From the NCBI GenBank assembly GCA_051866635.1, contig JBJDXJ010000056.1, positions 1-27,759 on the forward strand: DNA of 27,759 bases. The letters run 5' to 3'. This DNA comes from Clostridia bacterium (lineage in GTDB: Bacteria > Bacillota > Clostridia > UMGS1883). The position numbers and the translations under genes are program-made. The notes under the pieces were generated by a model. The model was given only the letters and a program-made list of their open reading frames with translations. It was not told the origin of the DNA and searched no databases. Position 1 is the first letter of the stretch, and each line of letters begins with the position of its first letter. Of this stretch, positions 1-9,677 are shown piece after piece.

Positions 1-1747
1 AGCTACCGTCCGGAAGCCTTTTAGTACTGCTTTTAGGTTCCCATACTTGCTCTGTGTCAGTAAAAATTTCGCAAAATACCGCACCGTCAATTTTAAGAAC
101 CTCGTCTACAACATTTTTCATTTCTGCATTGTTGTGGGCACAGTAGTATCTGTAGCCAAATGCATCCGCAATTTTTCTAAAATTCGGGAAGGATAAATCA
201 CCTGATTCAGGACCTATCCCTATTTTACTTTTATCTTTAAAAAGGTTGTTCTGCGTTAATCTTATGGAATGGTATCCATCGTTATTTATTAAAAAAATCT
301 TAATCGGCAATTTATTTGTAATTATAGTCTGCAATTCCTGCAAATTCATCATTATACTGCCGTCCCCTTCAAGGCAGATTGTATCTCTCCTGCCGCCCGA
401 TATACAGGTGCCGATTGCGGCAGGTAATCCATAACCCATACTAGCAACCGCACTGTTATTTGCCATGCGGCTCCCTTTTTTAATAACATAAGCCTGATTG
501 CCCACAACACAGCAAGCACCGTTAGAAACGGCCGTAAGGCTGTTTTCCGGGAGGAGACTGCTCATATATCTCATAAAAGCGTATACATTAACGCCTTCAC
601 CATTATACTTCATCTTTTCATCATTTGCAACAGGATATTCATTTTTCCATCTTTTGCAAGTGTCAAGCCACGATCTGTCATTATAAAGCGTTGTGCAATC
701 CAGTTTTTCATAAAGTCTATTTAAAAAATCCTTAGCATCAGCCCAAATTGGCATATCCACATGGAGCGTAGGCTTTTTCATTTCAGCCTTGTCAATGTCA
801 ACCATGATAACTTCGGCACATCTCGCCCATGTTTTCCAATTATAGCCCACTTGCCTGATGGAAATTCTTGTTCCCACTGCCAGTACTAAATCGGCGTTCT
901 GTATTGCCCAGTTACCTGCCCTATCACCCATATTTCCTGCTCTGCCACAGTACAAAGGGTTATCGTCCTCAATTAAATCCACAGCATTCCAGTAAGTTAC
1001 AACCGGAATATTAAGTTTAGTTAAAACCTTTCGGAACATCTCATATCCGCCTGACAAACGTATACCATAGCCCGCATGAAGAACAGGTCGTTTTGCTTTT
1101 GATATTTTTTCTATTATTTTGTCTATCATATCATCCGAAACAGCAGGCGGAAGATTAATATCATCGAAAGATGGGTCGTAGCCTTTCAAAGAATCAGTTT
1201 CAATAAACCCGCCCTGAAAATTTACCGGAATATCAATCCAAACAGGCCCGGGTCTGCCGGTAGTTGCAAGATGCCACGCCTTCTCTAACGCATATCGTAT
1301 ATCATTGGGGTTTTCTATCATCACAGCATATTTTGTCATATGCTTGACTGATTTTACAATATCATATTCCTGATCGCCTACTGCTCTTAATGGCAATCCA
1401 TCAGTAAACTGCATTGCATATCTTGCCGTGGTGTCATAGCGTACCTGACCGCTTATAATAAACATGGGTATCGAGTCAAGCCATCCGCCTAAAACACCTG
1501 TCAAAGCATTCGTTCCGCCGGGTCCGGTAGTTACGCATACAGCAGCTATTTTGTTGTCAAGTCTTGCATAGGCTTCAGCCGCCATAGCACACGCCTGTTC
1601 ATGATGGTTGTAGGTTACGGTAAGTTTATCGTGATGACCTAAAGCATCGTTTAAGTGCATTGCACCACCGCCCACAACACTGAACACATCCGTTACGCCA
1701 CGGTCAACTAAAAAGTCTGCAACGTAATCTGCCAGTCTCTGTTTCAC
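1..1747 (-). CDS. Thiamine-diphosphate-dependent enzyme, acetolactate-synthase-like/YerE-like (3' end runs off the window)
   Basis: Absent from the ORF track, presumably because it has no stop in the window. GTG at 1747-1745 follows an AAGGGG RBS overlapping the rfbH end. Manual translation gives MKQRLADYVADFLVDRGVTDVFSVVGGGAMHLND...HHEQACAMAAEAYARL...TTGPGGTN, then GRPGPVWIDIP (about 1226-1258), the ThDP motif EGDGSIMMNLQELQT...INNDGY (about 275-370), and ...EPKSSTKRLPDGS at the edge. These checked segments are all in one frame. Confidence 0.9.
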   Translation of the reverse strand, partial: MKQRLADYVADFLVDRGVTDVFSVVGGGAMHLNDALGHHDKLTVTYNHHEQACAMAAEAYARLDNKIAAVCVTTGPGGTNALTGVLGGWLDSIPMFIISGQVRYDTTARYAMQFTDGLPLRAVGDQEYDIVKSVKHMTKYAVMIENPNDIRYALEKAWHLATTGRPGPVWIDIPVNFQGGFIETDSLKGYDPSFDDINLPPAVSDDMIDKIIEKISKAKRPVLHAGYGIRLSGGYEMFRKVLTKLNIPVVTYWNAVDLIEDDNPLYCGRAGNMGDRAGNWAIQNADLVLAVGTRISIRQVGYNWKTWARCAEVIMVDIDKAEMKKPTLHVDMPIWADAKDFLNRLYEKLDCTTLYNDRSWLDTCKRWKNEYPVANDEKMKYNGEGVNVYAFMRYMSSLLPENSLTAVSNGACCVVGNQAYVIKKGSRMANNSAVASMGYGLPAAIGTCISGGRRDTICLEGDGSIMMNLQELQTIITNKLPIKIFLINNDGYHSIRLTQNNLFKDKSKIGIGPESGDLSFPNFRKIADAFGYRYYCAHNNAEMKNVVDEVLKIDGAVFCEIFTDTEQVWEPKSSTKRLPDGS

Positions 1748-1749
1748 TT

Positions 1750-3096
1750 TTATTCCCCTTTTATGGCTTCAATAATAGTTTTTGCCATATAATCAATCAT
1801 TTCATCTGTCATTCCCGGGTATACGCCAACCCAGAAGGTGTTGTTCATAATATAATCGGTAACTTCAAGGCTTCCCGATACCCTGTAGGCATCTGTATGA
1901 CGTATTGAATCAAAGCACGGGTGCTTTATCAAATTACCTGAAAATAAAAGCCTTGTCTGAATATTTTTTTCTTCAATATATTTTGTAATTGTATTTCTAT
2001 TAAGCCCACTGTCAGGCTTTAAGGATATTAAAAATCCAAACCATGACGGTTTACTGTTCTTGCAAGGCTCAGGCAAAATCAACTTGTCGGAAACACATTC
2101 CAATGCACTTTTAAGCCTTTGCCAGTTATGTCGACGACGTTCAATGAAATGCGGGAACTTTTTCAGCTGTTCACATCCTATCGCTGCCTGCATATCGGTA
2201 ATCTTTAAGTTATAGCCAAAATGGCTGTAAACATATTTATGGTCATAACCTGCAGGCAATTGACCGTACTGTCCGTCAAAGCGGTGATTACAGAAATTGT
2301 CCTTTCCCGATGGACAAATACAATCCCTTCCCCAGTCGCGGTAGGACAAAATAAGCCTGTGAAGTATGGGATTATCGGTGTATACACAGCCACCCTCGCC
2401 CATTGTCATATGGTGGGGTGGATAAAAACTGCTTGTACCTATATCGCCCCAAGTACCTGTAAATTTAGTCACGCCGTCAATGGTGTATTCACTGCCCAAA
2501 GCATCGCAATTGTCCTCCACAAGCCAAAGGTTATGCTTATTGCAAAACTCTTTAACCGCCCCCAAATCAAAGGGATTCCCCAGGGTGTGTGCAATCATAA
2601 CAGCTTTTGTCTTATCTGATAAAGCTTCTTCAAGCTTAGTTTCATCAATATTGTACTGCGGAATGGTAACGTCCACAAAAACAGGAACGGCACCGTACTG
2701 AATAATAGGTGCAACAGTTGTGGGAAATCCGCAGGCAACAGTTATTACCTCGTCACCACGTTTTATTTGCCTTTCGCCCAATTCAGGCGATGTTAAAACG
2801 GAAAATGCAATCAGGTTTGCCGATGACCCGCTGTTTACCAAATGTGCATATTTAACACCTATCCACTTGGCAAACTCTTTTTCAAATTCATCGGAAAATC
2901 TTCCCGTTGTAAGCCAAAAATCAAGAGTTGCATCGGTTAGGGCACACATTTCCTTTTCGTCAAAAACACGTGTGGCATAATTTATACGGTCGCCCTCTTT
3001 AAATTCTGTTTTATTTTCCTTGAAATCGTGATAATATTCACTGACCAAAGCTTTTATTTCTTCTCTGGCTTCGGCTTCATTTTTCCAGTTTTTCAT
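1750..3096 (-). CDS. rfbH: CDP-4-keto-6-deoxy-D-glucose 3-dehydratase (E1, RfbH/DdhC family)
   Basis: DegT-fold protein with WLTTGRF, NSGSSANL and EDNCDALG. SFYPPHHMTMGEGG has His in place of the aminotransferase Schiff-base Lys. Cys cluster RDCICPSGKDNFC and YDHKY..SHFGYNLK.TDMQAA are present. Directly downstream of rfbG. Confidence 0.92.
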   Translation of the reverse strand: MKNWKNEAEAREEIKALVSEYYHDFKENKTEFKEGDRINYATRVFDEKEMCALTDATLDFWLTTGRFSDEFEKEFAKWIGVKYAHLVNSGSSANLIAFSVLTSPELGERQIKRGDEVITVACGFPTTVAPIIQYGAVPVFVDVTIPQYNIDETKLEEALSDKTKAVMIAHTLGNPFDLGAVKEFCNKHNLWLVEDNCDALGSEYTIDGVTKFTGTWGDIGTSSFYPPHHMTMGEGGCVYTDNPILHRLILSYRDWGRDCICPSGKDNFCNHRFDGQYGQLPAGYDHKYVYSHFGYNLKITDMQAAIGCEQLKKFPHFIERRRHNWQRLKSALECVSDKLILPEPCKNSKPSWFGFLISLKPDSGLNRNTITKYIEEKNIQTRLLFSGNLIKHPCFDSIRHTDAYRVSGSLEVTDYIMNNTFWVGVYPGMTDEMIDYMAKTIIEAIKGE

Positions 3097-3097
3097 A

Positions 3098-4153
3098 TTA
3101 TACTCCCAAAAATTCTTTTATCTGCCTGTCCATACATTCTCTTACATTTCCTTTTTCAAAATAGCACTTCGACCATTCAACAGTTTTTTCGATGGCCATT
3201 TCTAAGTTCCATCTCGGCTTCCAGCCGAAGGTACTTTTAAGCTTTGAACAGTCCAACTTTAAAAAGTTTGCCTCGTGGGGTCCATTGTCATTGACATTAA
3301 CCCATTTAAGACCGTTGCCCCATTTTTTCACAAATAAATCAACCAAGGCACCTGTTTGGAAACAGTCCGCATCATCAGGTCCAACGTTATAATATCCTGC
3401 ATAATCTGCATTTTCATATTGCTTAGCGGCAATCATCAAATATGCAAAGAGTGGTTCTAAAACGTGCTGAAAAGGTCTTGTGGAATAAGGATTTCGCACA
3501 ATAATATCTTCGCCTTTTTCAGCGGCTCTCACACAGTCGGGGATAATTCTGTCGTTTGCAAAATCACCGCCGCCAATTACGTTTCCGGCTCTTGCTGTTG
3601 AAATAGAAACGCTGTTATCTGCAAAAAAGCTGTTTCTATAGCTATGTGTTACAAGCTCAGAGCAGGATTTTGAGTTGGAATAGGGGTCAAAACCGTCAAG
3701 CTCTTCATTTTCACGGTAACCCCATTCCCACTCACGGTTTTTGTATACTTTATCTGTTGTAACGTTAAGGAAGGATTTTACACAATTTGAATTTCTGACA
3801 CATTCCAAAATGTTAACAGTACCCATTACGTTAGTTTCATAAGTATAACGGGGATCTTTGTAGCTGTCACGCACTATAGGCTGTGCCGCCAAATGAAACA
3901 CTATCTCCGGCTGAGCTTTATCAAAAGCAGTCTTTAGTCTGGCATAGTCACGGATATCACCTATAACGCTTTGTACATCGCCTTCTATATTGGCAATTTC
4001 AAATAGTGACGGATTTGTAGGTGGATTTAGAGAATACCCGGTAACTTCCGCACCCACGTTACTCAGCATTTTGCAAAGCCATGAACCCTTAAAGCCCGTG
4101 TGTCCGGTGATAAACACTTTTTTATTTTTATAGAAATCCATAGTAGAATTCAT
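3098..4153 (-). CDS. rfbG: CDP-glucose 4,6-dehydratase
   Basis: FITGHTGFKGSWL, HLAAQPIVR.SY, TTDKVY.N.EW.WGYRE, DPYSNSK, RAGNVIGGGD and RPFQHVLEPL are diagnostic RfbG/DdhB motifs. Confidence 0.95.
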   Translation of the reverse strand: MNSTMDFYKNKKVFITGHTGFKGSWLCKMLSNVGAEVTGYSLNPPTNPSLFEIANIEGDVQSVIGDIRDYARLKTAFDKAQPEIVFHLAAQPIVRDSYKDPRYTYETNVMGTVNILECVRNSNCVKSFLNVTTDKVYKNREWEWGYRENEELDGFDPYSNSKSCSELVTHSYRNSFFADNSVSISTARAGNVIGGGDFANDRIIPDCVRAAEKGEDIIVRNPYSTRPFQHVLEPLFAYLMIAAKQYENADYAGYYNVGPDDADCFQTGALVDLFVKKWGNGLKWVNVNDNGPHEANFLKLDCSKLKSTFGWKPRWNLEMAIEKTVEWSKCYFEKGNVRECMDRQIKEFLGV

Positions 4154-5377
4154 TTAAATCACACTCTTATATATTTCTTCCAATTTTTCAATATATAAAT
4201 TGCAGTCAAATATCATTTCTGCTTTTTCTAAAGCTTTCGTTCCCATAAGAGATACATCTTCATCTTTAAGCAAACACATACGCTTCAAAGCAGAACTTAA
4301 TGCCTGTACATCACACGGTGGAACAATAAATCCTGTAACGGCATCCTCAACCATTTCCGGAAGCCCTCCCAAACTGCTTACGATACAAGGCTTACCTAAT
4401 GCCATGGCTTCCATAATGGAATATGGTCCGTTTTCATACCATTCACTGGTGAGTACTACGCAAAGGCTGTTTTTCACAATGCCTTTTAGTTCGTCACCGC
4501 TCTTAAAGCCTAAAAGCTTAACCTTGTTTTCAAGATTGTGATTATTTACATATTCTTCAAGTTGTTCTTTTATGGGACCTGTTCCTACAAAATAAAGCGG
4601 TTTTTCGACATTTGCTTTTTCATAAGCCTTTAAAAGCGTCATCGTGCCTTTTTCATGACTAAGTCTGCCGAAATATAAAATGTAATCGCCTGTGTCGCTT
4701 TCTGTGTATTCTGTTCCTTCGGGCAAAAAGTTTGCCATATGTACAACAGGGCACTTTGTAACTTTTGCCTCTTCGATTTTCTTCTTGTAAAACAAGGATG
4801 GAGTAATTACATAATCAAATTTTTCATAAGTTCTATTAAACTTATAAACATACGCTTCTAATGTAGCAAGAAGGCTCTTCAATTTTGAATCCTTCATGCA
4901 TCCTGTCTTGAAGCAATTCATATAATTTCCGTTAATGCATCTTTCGCAAACCTCACCGTGATTCATCATCTGATAATTGGGGCAAACGCTCTTTAAATCA
5001 TGTGCTGTATAGACCATAGGTATTTTATGCTTTACAGCTACATCAACAATGGATCCCGTCAATTGACTCTGAAAGATATTAAGGTGAATTACATCGGGCT
5101 TTTCATCAAGTATAAGTTTTTCAAACTTCTTTTTTGCCTCAAAGGAATAAAGCATTTTAAATGCAGTTTTTATAAGTTTGCCCTTTCCCATAGGCTCGTT
5201 AAAATCCACTTTTTCCACAAAGTATTTTTCTTCCTTGCACTCTTGGTTCTTTTCGTCCTTCATGGAGAAATATATTACTTCGTGTCCCTTAGCTTTTAAC
5301 AATTCACCCAAACCAAAGTAGTATGTTTCACTTCCGCCTTTTACATTATGAAATTTATTAACTAAAAGTATTTTCAT
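4154..5377 (-). CDS. Glycosyltransferase family 4 (GT-B) with Cys-rich insert
   Basis: N-terminal GGSETY; YFGRLSHEKG; EWYENGPYSIMEAMALGKP (Ex7E motif); HDLKSVCP...CERC...C...GC segment. ATGA overlap with the VanZ gene. Confidence 0.9.
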   Translation of the reverse strand: MKILLVNKFHNVKGGSETYYFGLGELLKAKGHEVIYFSMKDEKNQECKEEKYFVEKVDFNEPMGKGKLIKTAFKMLYSFEAKKKFEKLILDEKPDVIHLNIFQSQLTGSIVDVAVKHKIPMVYTAHDLKSVCPNYQMMNHGEVCERCINGNYMNCFKTGCMKDSKLKSLLATLEAYVYKFNRTYEKFDYVITPSLFYKKKIEEAKVTKCPVVHMANFLPEGTEYTESDTGDYILYFGRLSHEKGTMTLLKAYEKANVEKPLYFVGTGPIKEQLEEYVNNHNLENKVKLLGFKSGDELKGIVKNSLCVVLTSEWYENGPYSIMEAMALGKPCIVSSLGGLPEMVEDAVTGFIVPPCDVQALSSALKRMCLLKDEDVSLMGTKALEKAEMIFDCNLYIEKLEEIYKSVI

Positions 5378-5955
5378 ATCAATCTATCTCTCTTTATCGT
5401 AAAAAACAATTTGCAAACTACAGCACCTAAAAGTGCTCCTATTGTGTTCATCACTAAATCATCAACACTTGTTACTCCTCTTGCAAAAATATATTGCAAA
5501 AGTTCTGTTGCCAATGCCGCACTAAAACCTGTAAAAAAGGTTTTTAAAACTTTATGTTTTGTAAATGAATGCCTATACAAAAGCCATCCCAATGGCACAA
5601 ACAGGCAAATGTTAAACAGCGAACCCAGTACGTTGCTTTCGTGAAAACCGTTATATGTAATCCATTGATCAAAATTCCATCGTATTTCACGGTAACTTGC
5701 ATCACGGTTAAAAACCGTAAGTGCCAATATAACAAGCAAATACACCCACGGCGACAGTTTTCTGAGAATATTTAAAACTGCTTTATTTTTCTTAAAATAT
5801 GCCATGCATCTTACAACTATATATATCAAAACTATTGTAAAAATAATTAAAACCTCATACTTAAAAATATAGTTACGAAGCATACCCATTGCTTTTTCCC
5901 TCTGCAAATCTGTGGCAAGGAAATAAAAATCGTGTCCTAATATATTAAAATGCAT
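5374..5955 (-). CDS. VanZ-family membrane protein
   Basis: FNICLFVPLG, ELLQY, and RGVTSVDDLVMNTIGALLG match VanZ motifs; several TM segments. ATG at 5955 preferred because GGTG lies just upstream; the ORF track starts at GTG 5964. Confidence 0.85.
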   Translation of the reverse strand: MHFNILGHDFYFLATDLQREKAMGMLRNYIFKYEVLIIFTIVLIYIVVRCMAYFKKNKAVLNILRKLSPWVYLLVILALTVFNRDASYREIRWNFDQWITYNGFHESNVLGSLFNICLFVPLGWLLYRHSFTKHKVLKTFFTGFSAALATELLQYIFARGVTSVDDLVMNTIGALLGAVVCKLFFTIKRDRLI

Positions 5956-5966
5956 ATAAATCACCG

Positions 5967-6971
5967 CTATTTGTTATCAGTTTTGTTGGTTTTTGAAAAA
6001 TCACCTAAAACAAGTATTCTTGTAATTCTAAATTTTCTCACTATATATTTTGACACCAATATAGGAATTGATACTCCAAATATAACACTCATAAAGAAAC
6101 AAGCAATACCCGGCAAATGCAGTCTGTTGAGAAATACACTTCTTATTAACACCTGAACTAAGTTTGCCATTATGTAAATATCCATCCCATATTTTCCGAC
6201 AATATCAAATATTGGGGTTTCCATACTCTCAAAACGTTTACACATTTCACATACAATTATAATTCCGGTAACTGCCGTAATTGTTTTAAGGAAATCAATT
6301 GCGTAAATTTGATTTAAAACATTTGCAGTTGCAAACAAAATTGTACTAATTATTAACATAGCTGTTGGCAATTTATCAAAGCTACCGTGTTTTCTGTACA
6401 AAACACCCAATACATAAAAGAGAAATTGGAACGTAACCTCATTAAGAACATTTATAGGGCAATATGATACGGCCCAAAAAACATTCATTATTACAGCTAC
6501 AGTAAGAATAATCCATTTATATTCTTTTTTTGGAAATGCAAAAATCGCAATTATTGCGGCAGAAATAAATAATGCATATAATGTCCACAACTGATAATTA
6601 GGATTGTACCCTACCAAAAAATCAAACGGTAATGTTTGAAAATCTATCTTAGTGTTCACTTCAGATGATAATACTAATTTAAGCGGTATATATAACGCAC
6701 CGACAAAAAAATACGGAATCATAAGTCTCTTAAAACGAGAAAATATATAATTAGCTTTATCTTTCAGTATATACATATCCATAGCTTTTGCACCAACAAA
6801 ACCTGACAAAAAGAAAAACAATGGCATATGGAAGCTATAAATAAGATCAAATAAAAGTTTTGAAATTGATCCGTCTGCGGCACCTAATGTATCTGTAAGT
6901 GCATGACCCATCACTACTAAAATAATACCTATGCCTCTTGCGGTGTTAACCCATTTAAAATATGGCTTCAT
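5967..6971 (-). CDS. Acyltransferase family 3 (OafA-like membrane O-acyltransferase)
   Basis: ARGIGIILVVMGH, IYSFHMPLFFFLSGF, RFKRLMIPY, LWTL; polytopic; AAGGAG RBS. Confidence 0.9.
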   Translation of the reverse strand: MKPYFKWVNTARGIGIILVVMGHALTDTLGAADGSISKLLFDLIYSFHMPLFFFLSGFVGAKAMDMYILKDKANYIFSRFKRLMIPYFFVGALYIPLKLVLSSEVNTKIDFQTLPFDFLVGYNPNYQLWTLYALFISAAIIAIFAFPKKEYKWIILTVAVIMNVFWAVSYCPINVLNEVTFQFLFYVLGVLYRKHGSFDKLPTAMLIISTILFATANVLNQIYAIDFLKTITAVTGIIIVCEMCKRFESMETPIFDIVGKYGMDIYIMANLVQVLIRSVFLNRLHLPGIACFFMSVIFGVSIPILVSKYIVRKFRITRILVLGDFSKTNKTDNK

Positions 6972-7006
6972 AAAATACTCTCCTTCAGAGATTTGTTTGT
7001 TTCTTC

Positions 7007-8530
7007 TTATGCAGAACGCTTTTTCTTCTTCAAAAAGCCCATTACTAAATTCAAGCTGTAATGAAATTCATCGGATTTACAATATACAAGGGTGATAGTA
7101 ACGCCTGAAATTACCGCACCAATAATTCCGTAAACAATAAAATCTAAAATCAAATAAGGGGTTGTAACAAAGTGGCAGACAGCCTTGCTTAAAAGCATAG
7201 AAAATATAAGTACAGATGCCAGGCTGATCCACAAAAGCGAATATTTAAAGGGTGACTCTTTAAAACGAAGTTTATAAACATAATAAATCTTCATGATAAC
7301 CTGTATTACATAGGTCACCACGGTTCCCAAAAAAATACCTGTAATACCTATCATTTTGCCTAAAACGATGGATACAATCAAATTTACCACCGAACCGATA
7401 ATTGAAATATTTCTTCCTTTTTCAAATTCGCCTATCATATGCATTGCGATATAAATAGGCTTGCAAGAAATATACATAAAAAGGTTAATACATATAACAA
7501 ACAAAACTGTATAGCCTAAAAGATATTCCTCGCCCATCCACACAGTCATAAATGTTTCCATGCAAGAATAAATGCAAGTGCAAATAACAATTCCCAAAGA
7601 TGCGTATATCCATGTTAATCTATGTAATACAGCTTTGCATCTATCGTTGGCTTCGCTTGCAAAAAGATTGCCAACACTTGCGTGAACACTTCCTTCAAGC
7701 TGATCAATTAACTGTTTGAATACACTTACCACCATTGCATAAAAAGAATAATATCCAACCGTGATAGTGCTTACAAGCACCGATATAAGTATATTATCGG
7801 TAGAATTTGTTATTTTACCTGATAAGCTCTTAATAAAAATGTTCTTAACATTTCTGAATATCTGTTTCGACTCTTCTTTCGGAAGTTTAGCCTCGTGAAG
7901 ATAAGGATACATTTTGTCAGCGACTAAAGATGTAACAATATTTATTGTAATAGTTGTTAAAATATTTGCTACAAGATACAATATAAAGCTACCGGTTATA
8001 TACAAAACCGCAAGCATTGCTACAGTGCCTGCAATCTTTACAAGAGCATTGACTATAGAAACCACATATTGTTTCTGGTCTGCATTTAATAGCGATGCTT
8101 TATATGTGAACAAATAAGATGCAGAAATCTGCAATACAAAAAGCATATATATAAGCCTTATGTAACCTATAGGCTGATCAATTTCTTTTATCATGTACTG
8201 GATAAAAGGACACAAAATAGTACCAATACATAAAGTTGCAAATGCAATGATTCTATACACTTTCTTAAAAAGTGTCATAAGCTCGCATACTTTTTCTTGA
8301 TTTCCGTCTGCAAGAGGTTTGTATAAATTATATACAATAGCAGAACCTACCCCAAGTTCCGTTAGCGATAATACTGCTATTACTTCAGTAAACAAACCAT
8401 TTAAGGAAACAGCCTCCACCCCTACAGTCCACGCCATAACTGTACGTGATACAAAAGTCAAAAGCGTTGTAACAAGCTGTGCCAATATTGCAAATTTTGC
8501 ATTTTTCAGGCTTTTTTCTGTTCTGCCCAT
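7007..8530 (-). CDS. wzx: Wzx-like polysaccharide flippase (MOP superfamily)
   Basis: About 500 aa with many TM segments; MGRTEKSLKN, LSLTELGVGSAIVYNLYKPLA and NSTDNILIS are typical of Firmicute flippases. ATG 8530 follows AGAGGTG RBS; the ORF track starts at GTG 8539. Confidence 0.85.
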   Translation of the reverse strand: MGRTEKSLKNAKFAILAQLVTTLLTFVSRTVMAWTVGVEAVSLNGLFTEVIAVLSLTELGVGSAIVYNLYKPLADGNQEKVCELMTLFKKVYRIIAFATLCIGTILCPFIQYMIKEIDQPIGYIRLIYMLFVLQISASYLFTYKASLLNADQKQYVVSIVNALVKIAGTVAMLAVLYITGSFILYLVANILTTITINIVTSLVADKMYPYLHEAKLPKEESKQIFRNVKNIFIKSLSGKITNSTDNILISVLVSTITVGYYSFYAMVVSVFKQLIDQLEGSVHASVGNLFASEANDRCKAVLHRLTWIYASLGIVICTCIYSCMETFMTVWMGEEYLLGYTVLFVICINLFMYISCKPIYIAMHMIGEFEKGRNISIIGSVVNLIVSIVLGKMIGITGIFLGTVVTYVIQVIMKIYYVYKLRFKESPFKYSLLWISLASVLIFSMLLSKAVCHFVTTPYLILDFIVYGIIGAVISGVTITLVYCKSDEFHYSLNLVMGFLKKKKRSA

Positions 8531-8555
8531 GGTATCCACCTCTTATTTAAAAATA

Positions 8556-9677
8556 CTATTTGCTCGGAAAATCATACAAATAGTCTGAAAGCTCTCTTTC
8601 GATTTTTTTAATTTCATTGTCCAAATGAGGGTATTTCAAAAACATTTGCGTGTTTTTTTTGGATTTCTCAACACTAAAACACTGCATCTTTAAAACATGA
8701 TCCTGTGGATTTAGGTCACAGAAGTCTTCGATTTTCTTTACCGTTTTCTCATATTTATAAATCAAGTCCTCAAAACTAAGTGTAAGTACGTTTTCGCTAT
8801 TAAAACTTTTTACACTGTTACGCAGTTTTTTCCACAAGATAATAAAATTATCAACATCTGTCGGAATACGTGTGTTAAATCCCTTCTGACTTGACTCCTC
8901 AACGGCATGTACAAAAACATCACGCGGATCCCTGTCAACAAGTATAACTTTCATATTATGAAAATAATTGTCCATTCTGTAAAGGTTATTAGGCAGCAAA
9001 AAGTGATCCATAATAAGCTTGCCTTCGTTTCCTCCCCGTATGATACTGCAATATGCCTGTACAAGATTTTTCGCCGCCGAGTAAAACTCCTCATCTGTTA
9101 CATAGCTGTATCTGGTGCAATCTTTTTTTCTGTAAACAATGCTTTTTGTAAAATCACCTACAGCTTGTCTCCCGGTCAAAACATTTTTTATGCTTCCCAA
9201 AGTATGTTTAAACGAGAATTTTGTAGTTAAATAGTCATATGACCAGTTGCAATCAAGTTTTATGTCTGTAAGATTTTCTATAAAATCATCCACAGCTTCC
9301 ATAAATACGGGACCAAACTTTTTGCTGTAATTACCAAACCAAACAAAGTTGTTATCGTTAAGCCTTCTCATTTCTTCATAAAAGCTTCTTAATGCTTCGT
9401 CGGAACGGTGGATATTATTTCCCAAAAGCAGCTTATCCTCCAAATCAAATAAACCGTTGGGTGTATACATCATTAAGTGTTCCACATCAGAATTTTTCAT
9501 TATACCTTCTGTACATGACTCATATTCTTTCAGCAAAACATACACGGCAGAAGAGCCGGTATCATAAAATCCGGTTGTCGTAATAATGCTGTCATTATTC
9601 ATTTGCATATTTTTTTGTGCATTTTCGGGTTTATCTTTCCCGTTATCCACACTAAAATGAATTGTTTTAGATGTCAT
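8556..9677 (-). CDS. Sulfotransferase-fold (P-loop-like) protein, paralogue B
   Basis: ITTTGFYDTGSSA (5'-PSB-like), ILVDRDPRDVF (3'-PB-like) and LSFEDLI...KIEDFC. About 25-aa N-terminal extension relative to paralogue A, so the start may be a downstream Met. Confidence 0.7.
   Translation of the reverse strand: MTSKTIHFSVDNGKDKPENAQKNMQMNNDSIITTTGFYDTGSSAVYVLLKEYESCTEGIMKNSDVEHLMMYTPNGLFDLEDKLLLGNNIHRSDEALRSFYEEMRRLNDNNFVWFGNYSKKFGPVFMEAVDDFIENLTDIKLDCNWSYDYLTTKFSFKHTLGSIKNVLTGRQAVGDFTKSIVYRKKDCTRYSYVTDEEFYSAAKNLVQAYCSIIRGGNEGKLIMDHFLLPNNLYRMDNYFHNMKVILVDRDPRDVFVHAVEESSQKGFNTRIPTDVDNFIILWKKLRNSVKSFNSENVLTLSFEDLIYKYEKTVKKIEDFCDLNPQDHVLKMQCFSVEKSKKNTQMFLKYPHLDNEIKKIERELSDYLYDFPSK

Noticed and set aside
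1-1747. Calling the ThDP enzyme ilvB (branched-chain amino acid synthesis)
   Set aside because: It is coupled to rfbG-rfbH in a glycan operon, and its GGGAMHLND N-terminus resembles the sugar-pathway subfamily rather than IlvB.
5374-5955. VanZ as evidence of a glycopeptide-resistance cluster
   Set aside because: No vanHAX or vanRS genes are present, and VanZ-family genes are common in polysaccharide loci.
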